Assembly (NCBI GenBank): GCA_035390885.1
Contig: DAOOUW010000002.1
Location: 12,092-76,091, forward strand
DNA length: 64,000 bases
Origin: Bacteroidota bacterium
Lineage (GTDB): Bacteria; Bacteroidota; Ignavibacteria; UBA10030
Direction: 5' to 3'
Below, piece after piece: positions 47,603-56,643 of this stretch. The number at the start of each line of letters is the position of its first letter. Position 1 is the stretch's first letter. The notes below the pieces were generated by a model, which made no database searches, was not told the origin of the DNA, and saw nothing but the letters and a program-made list of their open reading frames with translations. The translations under genes and the position numbers were made by a program.

Positions 47603-49975
47603 TTAATTAAATTCTACAATTGTAATACCTGAGCCACCTTCATTCCACTCACCAAGTCTAAATGATTTTATGTGAGGATAAGTGGTCAAATAGTCTGAAA
47701 TCTTCTTTCGAAGCTTACCACTTCCCTTTCCATGTATAATGCTAACTTCATGAAGTCCAGCTGAATATGCAGCATCTAAAAATGATTCTATTTCCCGAAT
47801 AGCTTCTTCGCCTGTTTTACCTCTTAAATCAATTTGATTGGTTACTGTAGCAACAATATCAGCGGATTGTTGAGATTGTAGAGGTGCTGATGTATAGGAT
47901 AACTTTCCACTATTCTCCTTGATTAACTCACCAAGAGGAATATTAAGTTTTGCGTAAGAGGAAACTACAGTTGCTATTCCGTTTGAAATGGAAATAATTT
48001 CTCCTGTGCCTGATCCATTCTTTATCCGCACTATATCCCCTTTCTTCAGATTTTCAGTTTCTTGTGGAATGGATGTATCAACAGATAATTCAGCAAGCTT
48101 TGCAGAAATTGAATGAAGCGTTTGTTTCGATGCTTTGATTATATTCTTATCAGCATTCTGCTCGCGTATTTCTTTAATAGTTTTTTCTATTTGAGCATAA
48201 GCATCTTGAACGATTTTTTTAGCATCTTCGACAGCACGTTTCTTTATTGTAGCTAATTCATGCTTTATTTGAACAATTTTTTGCTCATACGTGTGAGTAA
48301 GTTCCTCAAGGTGTTTTTTCTCTTCTTCAGTTTCTTTAAGCCGTTGAGCGTATAATTGAGTCTTTGACTCGATTTCTATCAAAAATTTTTCGAGTTGAAC
48401 CCGTTCATTACCCAATTGCTTGCGTGAAAATGCAAGGATATCCTGTGGAAATCCTATTCGTTCAGCTAATTCGAACGCGTAACTACTTCCTGGAATTCCA
48501 TGACGATATCGATATGTGGGAAGAAGAGACTGTTGATCGAATTCCATCGAACCATTAACAACGCCTTCAGTTGTTGATGCAAATGCTTTTAATGTCCCGT
48601 GGTGCGTGGTTGCAATGGTAAGAGCGCCTCGTTTTGTCAATTCAGAAAGAACGCCAATTGCAATTGCTGCTCCTTCTGCCGGGTCGGTGCCTGTGCCGAT
48701 TTCATCAATTAGCACCAGTGATTTATTATCAGCGTTGAGTAGAATTTGCTTTAAGTAAATCAAATGTGAGCTAAAAGAACTAAGATCATTATCAATTGAT
48801 TGCTCATCTCCAATATCAACAAATATTTTTGTAAATGGATAAAGTACTGAATCAGGCGAAGCGGGGATATGAAGTCCGGATTGTGCGCAAAGAGAAAGCA
48901 GTCCAACAAATTTGAGCGCAACAGTTTTGCCGCCAGCGTTAGGACCGGTAATAACTAACGTACGGTCATGCTTTCCAAGTTCAAGTGATAATGGAACTAC
49001 ATTTCTTCTATTTATATGCTGAAGAAGAATAGGATGCCGAGCATCATAAAGATGCAGATAGGGCTCGTCGGAAAATGTCGGCTCGTTTCCCTGCACCTCG
49101 ATGGAATACTTTGCTCGTGCAAGCACAGAATCTATTTCAACAAGCGTTTGATAAGTTTGATGAAGTTCATCCTTAATTGATGTTACCTGTTTAGTAAGTT
49201 CTAATAAGATGCGATGGATTTCTCGTTGTTCTTTGAGCTGAAGCTCTCGAATTTCATTGTTGAGCTCAAGAGTTTCTGCCGGTTCAACATACACTGTGGC
49301 GCCGCTTGCCGATGTTGAATGAATAAATCCGGGTACTCGATTTTTATGTTCTACTTTCACCGGAATCACCAGCCGACCATCTCGAGTTGTTATGATCTCT
49401 TCCTGTAAAAACTCATGTTCGGATACCTTCCGCATAATCGTTTCAAGATGTTTGCGTAGTTTATCGTAGGCGGCATTAAGAGCATGTCGAATATTATGTA
49501 AATCCTTGCTAGCGCTATCTTTCACTATCCCTTGTGGATCAAGTGCATTTTCTAAATTGTATTCGAGTATTTTTTCTATCACAAGGCTCTGACAATACTG
49601 AGCAAGAATTGGATATTCTTGCTGTCGCTTTCCAAGAAAATGTCGAAGCTCTCTGGATATTTTTAGTATCGTTAATATATCAAGAAGCTCAACAATGGTA
49701 AGAGCCTGATTTTCAACTTCTGCCTTTTTGAGACTGAGTGTAATATCTCTAAATTCATTTAAAGGAACAGCCGATTCTTGAAGGAGCAGACTTTTCCCAT
49801 CTGTAACTTTCTTTAACTCGTCTTGAATTTCAGAAACAGCATATTTTGCTCGAAGTTGAAGTAACTGCTGCTTTCCTCCTGTTGAAACAGCGTATCGAGA
49901 AATATGTTGCAAGAGTTTATTGAACTCGAGCTTTTCACATACACGTTCAATTTCGCTAGAAATTTCTTGATACAC
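47603..49975 (-). CDS. mutS2: Endonuclease MutS2 (MutS domain plus C-terminal Smr)
   Basis: Walker A GPNAGGKTV, DEIGTGTDP, a long coiled coil, and the Smr domain IDLRGKTGEEA...IIHGKGSGKLR. 790 aa. Confidence 0.93.
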   Translation of the reverse strand: MYQEISSEIERVCEKLEFNKLLQHISRYAVSTGGKQQLLQLRAKYAVSEIQDELKKVTDGKSLLLQESAVPLNEFRDITLSLKKAEVENQALTIVELLDILTILKISRELRHFLGKRQQEYPILAQYCQSLVIEKILEYNLENALDPQGIVKDSASKDLHNIRHALNAAYDKLRKHLETIMRKVSEHEFLQEEIITTRDGRLVIPVKVEHKNRVPGFIHSTSASGATVYVEPAETLELNNEIRELQLKEQREIHRILLELTKQVTSIKDELHQTYQTLVEIDSVLARAKYSIEVQGNEPTFSDEPYLHLYDARHPILLQHINRRNVVPLSLELGKHDRTLVITGPNAGGKTVALKFVGLLSLCAQSGLHIPASPDSVLYPFTKIFVDIGDEQSIDNDLSSFSSHLIYLKQILLNADNKSLVLIDEIGTGTDPAEGAAIAIGVLSELTKRGALTIATTHHGTLKAFASTTEGVVNGSMEFDQQSLLPTYRYRHGIPGSSYAFELAERIGFPQDILAFSRKQLGNERVQLEKFLIEIESKTQLYAQRLKETEEEKKHLEELTHTYEQKIVQIKHELATIKKRAVEDAKKIVQDAYAQIEKTIKEIREQNADKNIIKASKQTLHSISAKLAELSVDTSIPQETENLKKGDIVRIKNGSGTGEIISISNGIATVVSSYAKLNIPLGELIKENSGKLSYTSAPLQSQQSADIVATVTNQIDLRGKTGEEAIREIESFLDAAYSAGLHEVSIIHGKGSGKLRKKISDYLTTYPHIKSFRLGEWNEGGSGITIVEFN

Positions 49976-49982
49976 AGTACTG

Positions 49983-50570
49983 CTATTTAGATTTGTTGTT
50001 TGGAGTAGGTTTAGATTTATCAGTTTTGGCTTTTGGTTCTGGAGAAGTTGTGGACTTATCGCTTGAAACTTCGTCTTCGATTTTTTCTATTACTTCTTGA
50101 GATTCTTTGTGTATTGTTACAACTACATCGAGAATTTGAGGAGCTACATTGACAATTGGTTTATACAATTGAGATGTCTTAATAAGGTTATGGCTTGGAA
50201 ACCGATAAACGGTAAGTACCATAAGAATAGCACTCATAAATATAACGCCTTCTATCAATCCAATCGCAGCGCCTGCAATTTTATCTCCTAAACCGCCAAG
50301 CTTATATTTGCCTGCAATGATTCTATATAAAATCATCTGGAGAATACAAATGCCAAGGAAAACAAGAAGAAAAGAAATTGTTGGAGCTTTTTCAGATGAA
50401 GCTACTCCTGCAGAAATAAGAAATTCACCAACGCTATGTCGAGAGATTTGTGCAATGTACAGCGCAAAAAGCATTACAACAGTAGCCACAATTTTTTTTA
50501 CAAGCCCATCGCGAAATCCCCAGAAAATTGTTACAAGAATTGGGAACCCGATAATAATATCTAATAACAC
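49983..50570 (-). CDS. cvpA: CvpA family membrane protein
   Basis: Four TM helices with the N-terminal pattern DIIIGFPILVTIFWGFRDGLVKK and a Lys/Pro-rich tail. It sits immediately upstream of mutS2. Confidence 0.7.
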   Translation of the reverse strand: MLLDIIIGFPILVTIFWGFRDGLVKKIVATVVMLFALYIAQISRHSVGEFLISAGVASSEKAPTISFLLVFLGICILQMILYRIIAGKYKLGGLGDKIAGAAIGLIEGVIFMSAILMVLTVYRFPSHNLIKTSQLYKPIVNVAPQILDVVVTIHKESQEVIEKIEDEVSSDKSTTSPEPKAKTDKSKPTPNNKSK

Positions 50571-50573
50571 GGT

Positions 50574-51023
50574 TTATTCACCTAATTTTGCTCTAACGAG
50601 TTCCTGCACCGTTCTCCCGTCGATTTTACCTTTTAGTTCCTTCATCGCAAGAGGCATTACTTTCCCAAAGTCTTTTGCTGAAGTTGCGCCAACCTGAGCA
50701 ATAATTTTTGCAATAAACTCCTCAGCTTCTTCCCTGCTCATTTGTTTCGGCAGGTATGATGAGATAATATCCAATTCCCGTTTTTCTACATCAGCAAGGT
50801 CGTTTCTCCCTGCCTTCTCATATATTTCGATAGCTTCTTTACGCTTTTTCGCTGCAGAAAGAAGAATAGCCACTTCATCATCAGGCGTAAGCTCTGGAGC
50901 TCCTTCCCGTTTGGAAAATTCAATAAGTTGTGCGCGTATCGAACGAACCGTGTTCAGAAGTAATTGATCGCCTGATTTCATCGCAGATTTTAAGTCTTCA
51001 CTAATTCGTTGCGTTAAGTTCAA
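50574..51023 (-). CDS. yqeY: GatB/YqeY domain-containing protein
   Basis: 149 aa. L..RI.EDLKSAMKSGD...L.T.R.I.A.. and KDFGKVMPLAMKELKGKIDG are typical of YqeY. Confidence 0.85.
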   Translation of the reverse strand: MNLTQRISEDLKSAMKSGDQLLLNTVRSIRAQLIEFSKREGAPELTPDDEVAILLSAAKKRKEAIEIYEKAGRNDLADVEKRELDIISSYLPKQMSREEAEEFIAKIIAQVGATSAKDFGKVMPLAMKELKGKIDGRTVQELVRAKLGE

Positions 51024-51076
51024 TTAAAATTTCTCCTTGTACAGTTTTCAAAACAAAGCTTGAACTTTCTGAGGAC

Positions 51077-51373
51077 TCAAATTTCAATAAGTGTCAAATA
51101 TTTTGAAGTTCCGGGTTTCAGCATGGTTTCTAATTTATTGACCAGCGATTCGCTATTTTCATTCATATTATCTTCTAAAGCTTCGTACTCATCCATTGAA
51201 GAACAGGTGAATTGTTCTACGAAACAATTTTTCTTTCCTCGCTGTTCAAATATTGCATATTCTTTTTTCTGTTCCTCGATAAAATGACGTTTTAAATCTT
51301 TGACAAGCTGGAGATAATCTTCACGTTTTGCATCTTGAATTTCATAAGATATTTGAAGAATAACTTTTGGCAT
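51077..51373 (-). CDS. Hypothetical small protein (98 aa)
   Basis: A clean ORF on the same strand as its neighbours, with an alternating beta-alpha-like pattern. No motif recognised. Confidence 0.45.
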   Translation of the reverse strand: MPKVILQISYEIQDAKREDYLQLVKDLKRHFIEEQKKEYAIFEQRGKKNCFVEQFTCSSMDEYEALEDNMNENSESLVNKLETMLKPGTSKYLTLIEI

Positions 51374-51400
51374 ACATTTCTCTTAATTTGTGAACGATAT

Positions 51401-52099
51401 TCAATACATTAACTTACAGCTATAATATACGATTCCAAGCGCTATGATAAAAGTAAAAAAATTTATAAAAATGCTTCGGGTAATTGAAATTTGGTACGTA
51501 ATTTTAGAGCCAATAATGGCTAAATAAAATGACCATCCAAAGCTTGCACCCTCGAAAAATTGAAGAATATAGTATAAAAGTGAATTTAAAATTGCAGGAG
51601 ATGGATTTGAAGTGAAGTAATACATTCCAAAGGCTTGTAGCTTAATTGGCATCAGTATAAGAGAAATAAGAGAATAAGGAGCAAATGCAAAGGCAAGAAG
51701 CGATAGTGCATTCTGAAAAGTAGCACGTCTGAGGGAAAATTTTGCTAATAGTGCATGCATTAAGGATAGAATAATGCTTAAAGCAATTCCAGTTGCAATG
51801 CCTCTTAACATTATAACAGATAAAACGTTAATCAAGTTGTCATAAGAGTTACCTAATCGTAAAAAAGCAAAAGCAGAAAAAATAAGAATTGTGCCAAACA
51901 ACGAAAAAAGAATGATCGAATAGTTTTTATGCTCAGCAACTGCAATTGTACGAAAAGTAGCTTTCGGTCGCTCAATAAGTCCCCACAATGTAGAGAACAA
52001 ATCAATATTAGGTACACGATTTTGTATGTAAGAATGACAGCGAGTACATCGAAACGAATAATCTTCGTTTGAGGCGCCACAAATCGGACAGGTGATCAT
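51401..52099 (-). CDS. Zinc-ribbon plus Yip1-like polytopic membrane protein
   Basis: N-terminal CPICG...CTRCH zinc ribbon followed by five hydrophobic helices (Yip1/DUF1282-like topology). Confidence 0.55.
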   Translation of the reverse strand: MITCPICGASNEDYSFRCTRCHSYIQNRVPNIDLFSTLWGLIERPKATFRTIAVAEHKNYSIILFSLFGTILIFSAFAFLRLGNSYDNLINVLSVIMLRGIATGIALSIILSLMHALLAKFSLRRATFQNALSLLAFAFAPYSLISLILMPIKLQAFGMYYFTSNPSPAILNSLLYYILQFFEGASFGWSFYLAIIGSKITYQISITRSIFINFFTFIIALGIVYYSCKLMY

Positions 52100-52128
52100 T
52101 GCTTTACTAGCATAAGTAACTGGCTTTG

Positions 52129-52668
52129 TTATTCTGAAGAAGCATCTTGAATAAGCGTATGAACCCGATAAGGGGAAAGCTTTTCTCGGCCATTGAGAGA
52201 GCTTAACTCAATCAAAAAACAAATTCCTTCAATGGTAGCTCCAAGAGTTTTTACCAACTGAATTGCTGCTTCCATTGTGCCTCCAGTAGCAAGTAAATCA
52301 TCGTGAAGTAATACAATGTCATTCGGCGTAAGTGCATCTTTATGAATCTCGATACTATCGGCGCCATATTCCAATGAATAGATAGCTTTAATTGTTTCAG
52401 CGGGTAATTTCCCAGCTTTGCGAATTGGAACAAATCCAGCGTGAAGTTCATCAGCAATAGCTGCGCCAAGAATATATCCGCGAGATTCAATCCCTACCAC
52501 TTTTGTAATTCCGCTGTTTTTATAAGGCTCCGCTAACTTTTGAATGGCATATCTATAAGCATCGGGATTCTTCAGCAAAGTAGTAATATCTTTGAACACG
52601 ATCCCTCTTTTTGGAAAATCAGGAATGTCTCGGATATAGGATTGTAATTGCATAGATTCTCTCACCAT
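52129..52668 (-). CDS. apt: Adenine phosphoribosyltransferase
   Basis: IRDIPDFPKRGIVFKDIT and the PRPP-binding motif VLLHDDLLATGGT. An alternative start lies at 52653. Confidence 0.92.
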   Translation of the reverse strand: MVRESMQLQSYIRDIPDFPKRGIVFKDITTLLKNPDAYRYAIQKLAEPYKNSGITKVVGIESRGYILGAAIADELHAGFVPIRKAGKLPAETIKAIYSLEYGADSIEIHKDALTPNDIVLLHDDLLATGGTMEAAIQLVKTLGATIEGICFLIELSSLNGREKLSPYRVHTLIQDASSE

Positions 52669-53441
52669 TGTTGTGTTTGGTCATTTAAGAAAGATTCCAT
52701 TCCCTTTTTCGAATCATCAGTCATTCGTGACAGCGCACTTAAATTTGAAGCATACTCAAGCGAATCTGCGACTGACATTCCCTGTATTCTGAAAAGAAAT
52801 TCTTTTAACAAACCCATAGCTGTACTGCTGTTATGTGTAATGAGTGTAGTCAAAAATTGATGAGTGGTTTTCTCCAGTTCGACATCTGGAACAACGAAAG
52901 TTGCTAATCCGCAATGTAGAGCTTCTTCAGCTGTTAAGCGTCGAGCCTGAAAAAATATCTCTCGGGCTTTTGTTTCGCCAACTCGTTTCATCAAAAAATA
53001 TAGAATTGCCGCTGGGAGTATCCCATAATGAATGTCCGGAAAAGAAAACCACGATGTTTCACGAGAAGCAATCACAATGTCGCTTGCCGTTACAACACCG
53101 CAACTTATTGACGAAACCTCGCCCCGTACTTTAGTAACAACAGGTTTCCTGAGCGTATAGATTTGTTGGAGTACTTTTGTGAATTCCGTTGATTCCTGAA
53201 GATTCTGAGAAAAATCAGATTTCAATATATTGGAAAAGTTCTTTTTGTTGATCCCTGAATACCATTGTTCTCCGCCGCTGATAAGTAGTACAGCTTTTAC
53301 ATTATCATCTTTTTGAGCGGCAGCAAGCGCCTTAGTCAATTCCAACACATAAATTTGTGTCGTTACTTGAGAAGTTTCATCCGGAAGTTCGATTGTCGCA
53401 ATGTGTTGATCGCTTGAATATTTAATGGCTGTCAAGGTCAT
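52662..53441 (-). CDS. Enoyl-CoA hydratase/isomerase (crotonase) family protein
   Basis: 259 aa with a crotonase-fold pattern (KAVLLISGGEQWYSGIN..., FSFPDIHYGILP, ARRLTAEEALHCGL). Confidence 0.75.
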   Translation of the reverse strand: MTLTAIKYSSDQHIATIELPDETSQVTTQIYVLELTKALAAAQKDDNVKAVLLISGGEQWYSGINKKNFSNILKSDFSQNLQESTEFTKVLQQIYTLRKPVVTKVRGEVSSISCGVVTASDIVIASRETSWFSFPDIHYGILPAAILYFLMKRVGETKAREIFFQARRLTAEEALHCGLATFVVPDVELEKTTHQFLTTLITHNSSTAMGLLKEFLFRIQGMSVADSLEYASNLSALSRMTDDSKKGMESFLNDQTQQW

Positions 53442-53468
53442 TGGATATTGTGAATGAACAGGACTAAT

Positions 53469-53951
53469 TTATTGATGTGCATCAGAGGGAAGCTTATGAT
53501 CTGGCAATTTAATTCTGAACGTCTCTTTCTGTGTCGAGAGCACGATGCTAGTGCGAGTATGGATAACGCCTGGCCATGATTGAATTTTTGCGAGAAGTTT
53601 TTCTAAGCTTGCTGTGCTGTCAGTCCTTACTTTGATGATGTGCGTGCCTTCTCCAGTGATCGCATGACATTCAAGAATTTCCTCATCTTTTTCAGCATGA
53701 TCTACAAATGTGATGAAATGTTTCGATGAATCGATTGTAACGATCACAAACGCTGTAATGTCTTTCCCGAATCGCCGATGATTTAGCTTTGCGAAATAAC
53801 CTTCGATATATCCTTCTGACTCGAGTTTTCGTAAACGCTCGCTTAGCGCTGGCAATGACAAATTTACTTTCTCTGCTAAATCACTTCGTTTTGTACGTCC
53901 TTCCTGCTGGAGTACATCGAGTATCGCTAAATCAATCGTGTCGAGAGTCAT
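53469..53951 (-). CDS. Lrp/AsnC family transcriptional regulator
   Basis: LDTIDLAILDVLQQEGRTKRSDLAEKVNLSLPALSERLRKLESEGYI is the HTH. An RAM domain follows at the C-terminus. Confidence 0.88.
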   Translation of the reverse strand: MTLDTIDLAILDVLQQEGRTKRSDLAEKVNLSLPALSERLRKLESEGYIEGYFAKLNHRRFGKDITAFVIVTIDSSKHFITFVDHAEKDEEILECHAITGEGTHIIKVRTDSTASLEKLLAKIQSWPGVIHTRTSIVLSTQKETFRIKLPDHKLPSDAHQ

Positions 53952-53961
53952 AATTTTCTTC

Positions 53962-54639
53962 TTACACTTTTGAGTTTTTCAGAAATGAATTATTTAATTG
54001 CGCAATAGCATTCTTCACATCGCGAGAACCAAATACGGATGTACCTGCCACCAGTACATTTGCTCCTGCCTTTACCACGCCCGGGGCAGTTTGCGTATCA
54101 ATACCTCCATCGACTTCGAGGTAAATATTTCTGCCACTTTTTTGAATAAGTTCTACACACTGCTGGATTCTTTGATACGAACGCTCAATAAATTTCTGAC
54201 CGCCCCATCCAGGATTTACTGTCATGAGAAGAACAAGATCAACAATATCAAGAACCTCAGAAATTGTGCTCACTGGTGTAGAGGGATTGAGGGAAACGCC
54301 CGCAAGAGCTCCAATTTCTTTTATGTATGATAGTAATCTATTAAGGTGTGGGGTAGCTTCCTGATGTATTGTAATAATATCAGCGCCAGCATTACGGAAT
54401 TTATCAATGTAAAGTTCAGGCGAAGTGATCATTAAATGAACATCGAGCGGAAGCTGAGTGCTACGTCGCACTAATTGAACAATAGGTACGCCAAATGAAA
54501 TATTAGGAACGAAGTGTCCGTCCATAATATCAATATGAATCCAATCAGCGCCGCCTTGTTCGGCTTCTTGTATTTGTTCTCCTAATCGTAACAAATCCGA
54601 CGCAAGGATCGAAGGAGCAATAAGAACTTTATTCATCAT
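53962..54639 (-). CDS. rpe: Ribulose-phosphate 3-epimerase
   Basis: IAPSILASD...HIDIMDGHFVPN...DVHLM...MTVNPGWGGQKF...VDGGI. The likely start is MMNKV at 54639. The track ORF extends to 54681. Confidence 0.93.
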   Translation of the reverse strand: MMNKVLIAPSILASDLLRLGEQIQEAEQGGADWIHIDIMDGHFVPNISFGVPIVQLVRRSTQLPLDVHLMITSPELYIDKFRNAGADIITIHQEATPHLNRLLSYIKEIGALAGVSLNPSTPVSTISEVLDIVDLVLLMTVNPGWGGQKFIERSYQRIQQCVELIQKSGRNIYLEVDGGIDTQTAPGVVKAGANVLVAGTSVFGSRDVKNAIAQLNNSFLKNSKV

Positions 54640-54640
54640 G

Positions 54641-55402
54641 TTAAAATTCCACATCTGGTTTAGGTTCTGCTTTTTGGGCAATGATTAAATCAATCGGTTG
54701 ACCTTTCGGCGCAAGCTCGCCTGCATGAGGATATTGCTCAAGCACTGTATGAGGTAATAAATTTAGGCTAACTTGCTCTGTTACTTTTCCCAGTGTAAAT
54801 CCGCTTTGGGTGAGAAACTTTTCTGCTTCACTAAGAGTTTTCCCAACAACATTGGGTACGACTTCTTTTTCTCCAGCTCTTCCCTGACTAACAATTACAT
54901 GTACCATTGAATGGAGACTAACTTTTGTACCAGCAGTAGGTTCCTGAGACATTATTGTATTTTCAAAAAAATTATCGGACGGCTCATATTGAATATTGCC
55001 CAGAATCAATCCATATCGTTCAAGCGTAAACGTTGCTTCGCGAATTGACTTTGCTTGAATATTAGGCACCACAACCATTTTTTCTCCACCACTAATTGTG
55101 AGATAAACTCCACGCTCGGATTTTACTTCTGCATTGGCAGGCGGATTTTGTCCAATAACTGTCCCAACAGGATAATGCCTGTCCTGCTTATGTTCAGCCT
55201 CTTTTGGCTGTAACCCTGCATCTTTTAGAACCTTCATAGCATCAGCAATCGGTAGCCCAACCACATTTGGAACTTTAAGCGTTTTTCCAAGCTGAACATA
55301 TCGTGGCATGACAACATCATCAACGAGAATAAACGCACTAACAAGGATACCTAAAATAATCACCAACCAAACTAGTATTTTTTTTCTCTTCTTATTTTTC
55401 AT
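54641..55402 (-). CDS. Membrane-anchored protein with three PASTA repeats and no catalytic domain
   Basis: N-terminal TM segment (ILVWLVIILGILVSAFIL), then three repeats of the type VPNVVGLPIADAMKVLKDAGL, VPNIQAKSIREATFTLERYGL and VPNVVGKTLSEAEKFLTQSGF. The likely start is MKNKKRKK at 55402. Confidence 0.8.
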   Translation of the reverse strand: MKNKKRKKILVWLVIILGILVSAFILVDDVVMPRYVQLGKTLKVPNVVGLPIADAMKVLKDAGLQPKEAEHKQDRHYPVGTVIGQNPPANAEVKSERGVYLTISGGEKMVVVPNIQAKSIREATFTLERYGLILGNIQYEPSDNFFENTIMSQEPTAGTKVSLHSMVHVIVSQGRAGEKEVVPNVVGKTLSEAEKFLTQSGFTLGKVTEQVSLNLLPHTVLEQYPHAGELAPKGQPIDLIIAQKAEPKPDVEF

Positions 55403-55501
55403 AGTGCTAATATACTCAATGTTAAAGTGATTCACAACTTTAGCTCTGAAGTTGGTTAAACAGAAAAATGTCAATATATTTTATAAAAATTATGAGGTAC
55501 T

Positions 55502-56521
55502 ATGGCGAGTAAAAAATCTTTCTGGACAAGCATACCATTCCATATTCTACTTTTCTTATTGACTTTTTTTACTACAACTGTTGCTGGAGTTTTTTGGCTT
55601 AATAAAGATCCATTCGACTTAGAAAATTTCCATTACGGAATACCATACGCCACAGCTCTGTTGTTTATTCTTGCATGCCACGAGTTTGGGCATTACTTTG
55701 CAGCACGTTACCACAAAGTAGAATCAACGCTTCCTTACTTCATTCCGTTTCCAATGGCTCCATCCATCATGGGAGTTTTTTTACTAAACTTTGGAACTTT
55801 CGGCGCAGTGATTCGAACGCGTTCCGTAGTTCCTGATAAGCGCGCTATGTTTGATATCGGCGTCGCAGGTCCATTAGCAGGATTTGTAGCTTCTGTTGCG
55901 GTACTCATTTATGGCTTTACACATTTACCAGGTCCTGAGTTTATTCTCTCTATTCATCCAGATTATGATTTTATTTTAAATACTGCTCCTCACGCAAATG
56001 GTTTTTCTTTAACCTTTGGCTCTACATTATTATACTCAGCTTTACAACAAATATTCACACACCCCGGTCAATTTGTTCCGCCAATGACAGAAATATACCA
56101 TTACCCTTTTCTTTGTGTTGGTTGGTTTGGATTATTTGTAACAGCTCTGAATTTGATTCCAATGGGACAGTTCGATGGCGGACATGTAATTTATGCAATG
56201 TTTGGAAACGCCCACAAAAAAATCGCTCGTGCTGTCAGCGCTCTTCTTATCGTACTTGGCGCTCCTGCTCTTCTCGATGCTTTTCTTAGAATACTGTTAG
56301 CGGTTATTTTTAAGAAAGAATATGGTCCACTGATTCCGTTTGTTCAATACAGCTGGTCGGGATGGCTCGTATGGGCGCTCATCGCAATTTATGTTATCAA
56401 AATTTATCACCCGCCAGTTCCAGATGAAACAGGAATCGACTCTTTGCGAAAACTAATTGGCTGGATTACAATAGGTGTGTTTGTAGTATCTTTTTCATTG
56501 ATTCCATTTTCGGTTGAATAG
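55502..56521 (+). CDS. M50 (site-2 protease) family membrane metalloprotease
   Basis: HEFGHY zinc motif within a TM helix, plus NLIPMGQFDGGHV (NxxPxxxxDG motif). Confidence 0.8.
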   Translation: MASKKSFWTSIPFHILLFLLTFFTTTVAGVFWLNKDPFDLENFHYGIPYATALLFILACHEFGHYFAARYHKVESTLPYFIPFPMAPSIMGVFLLNFGTFGAVIRTRSVVPDKRAMFDIGVAGPLAGFVASVAVLIYGFTHLPGPEFILSIHPDYDFILNTAPHANGFSLTFGSTLLYSALQQIFTHPGQFVPPMTEIYHYPFLCVGWFGLFVTALNLIPMGQFDGGHVIYAMFGNAHKKIARAVSALLIVLGAPALLDAFLRILLAVIFKKEYGPLIPFVQYSWSGWLVWALIAIYVIKIYHPPVPDETGIDSLRKLIGWITIGVFVVSFSLIPFSVE

Positions 56522-56643
56522 TATTTGAAAATTTTGAGAATGTTTGTTACTATGAAGTGAGAGTCAACAATAATGAAAGGAACTTATTAGGACATTTGAT
56601 ACTTTTTCTCGAAATTAAAGTTCATTGAAGTGAGTAAAGAAGC

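Noticed and set aside
50308-50697. 129-aa plus-strand ORF antisense to cvpA/yqeY, and similar antisense ORFs (for example 20252-20650, 22076-22510, 15147-15521, 57604-57933)
   Set aside because: All lie opposite long, motif-rich genes and have low-complexity or odd composition. These are typical antisense shadow frames in AT-rich DNA.
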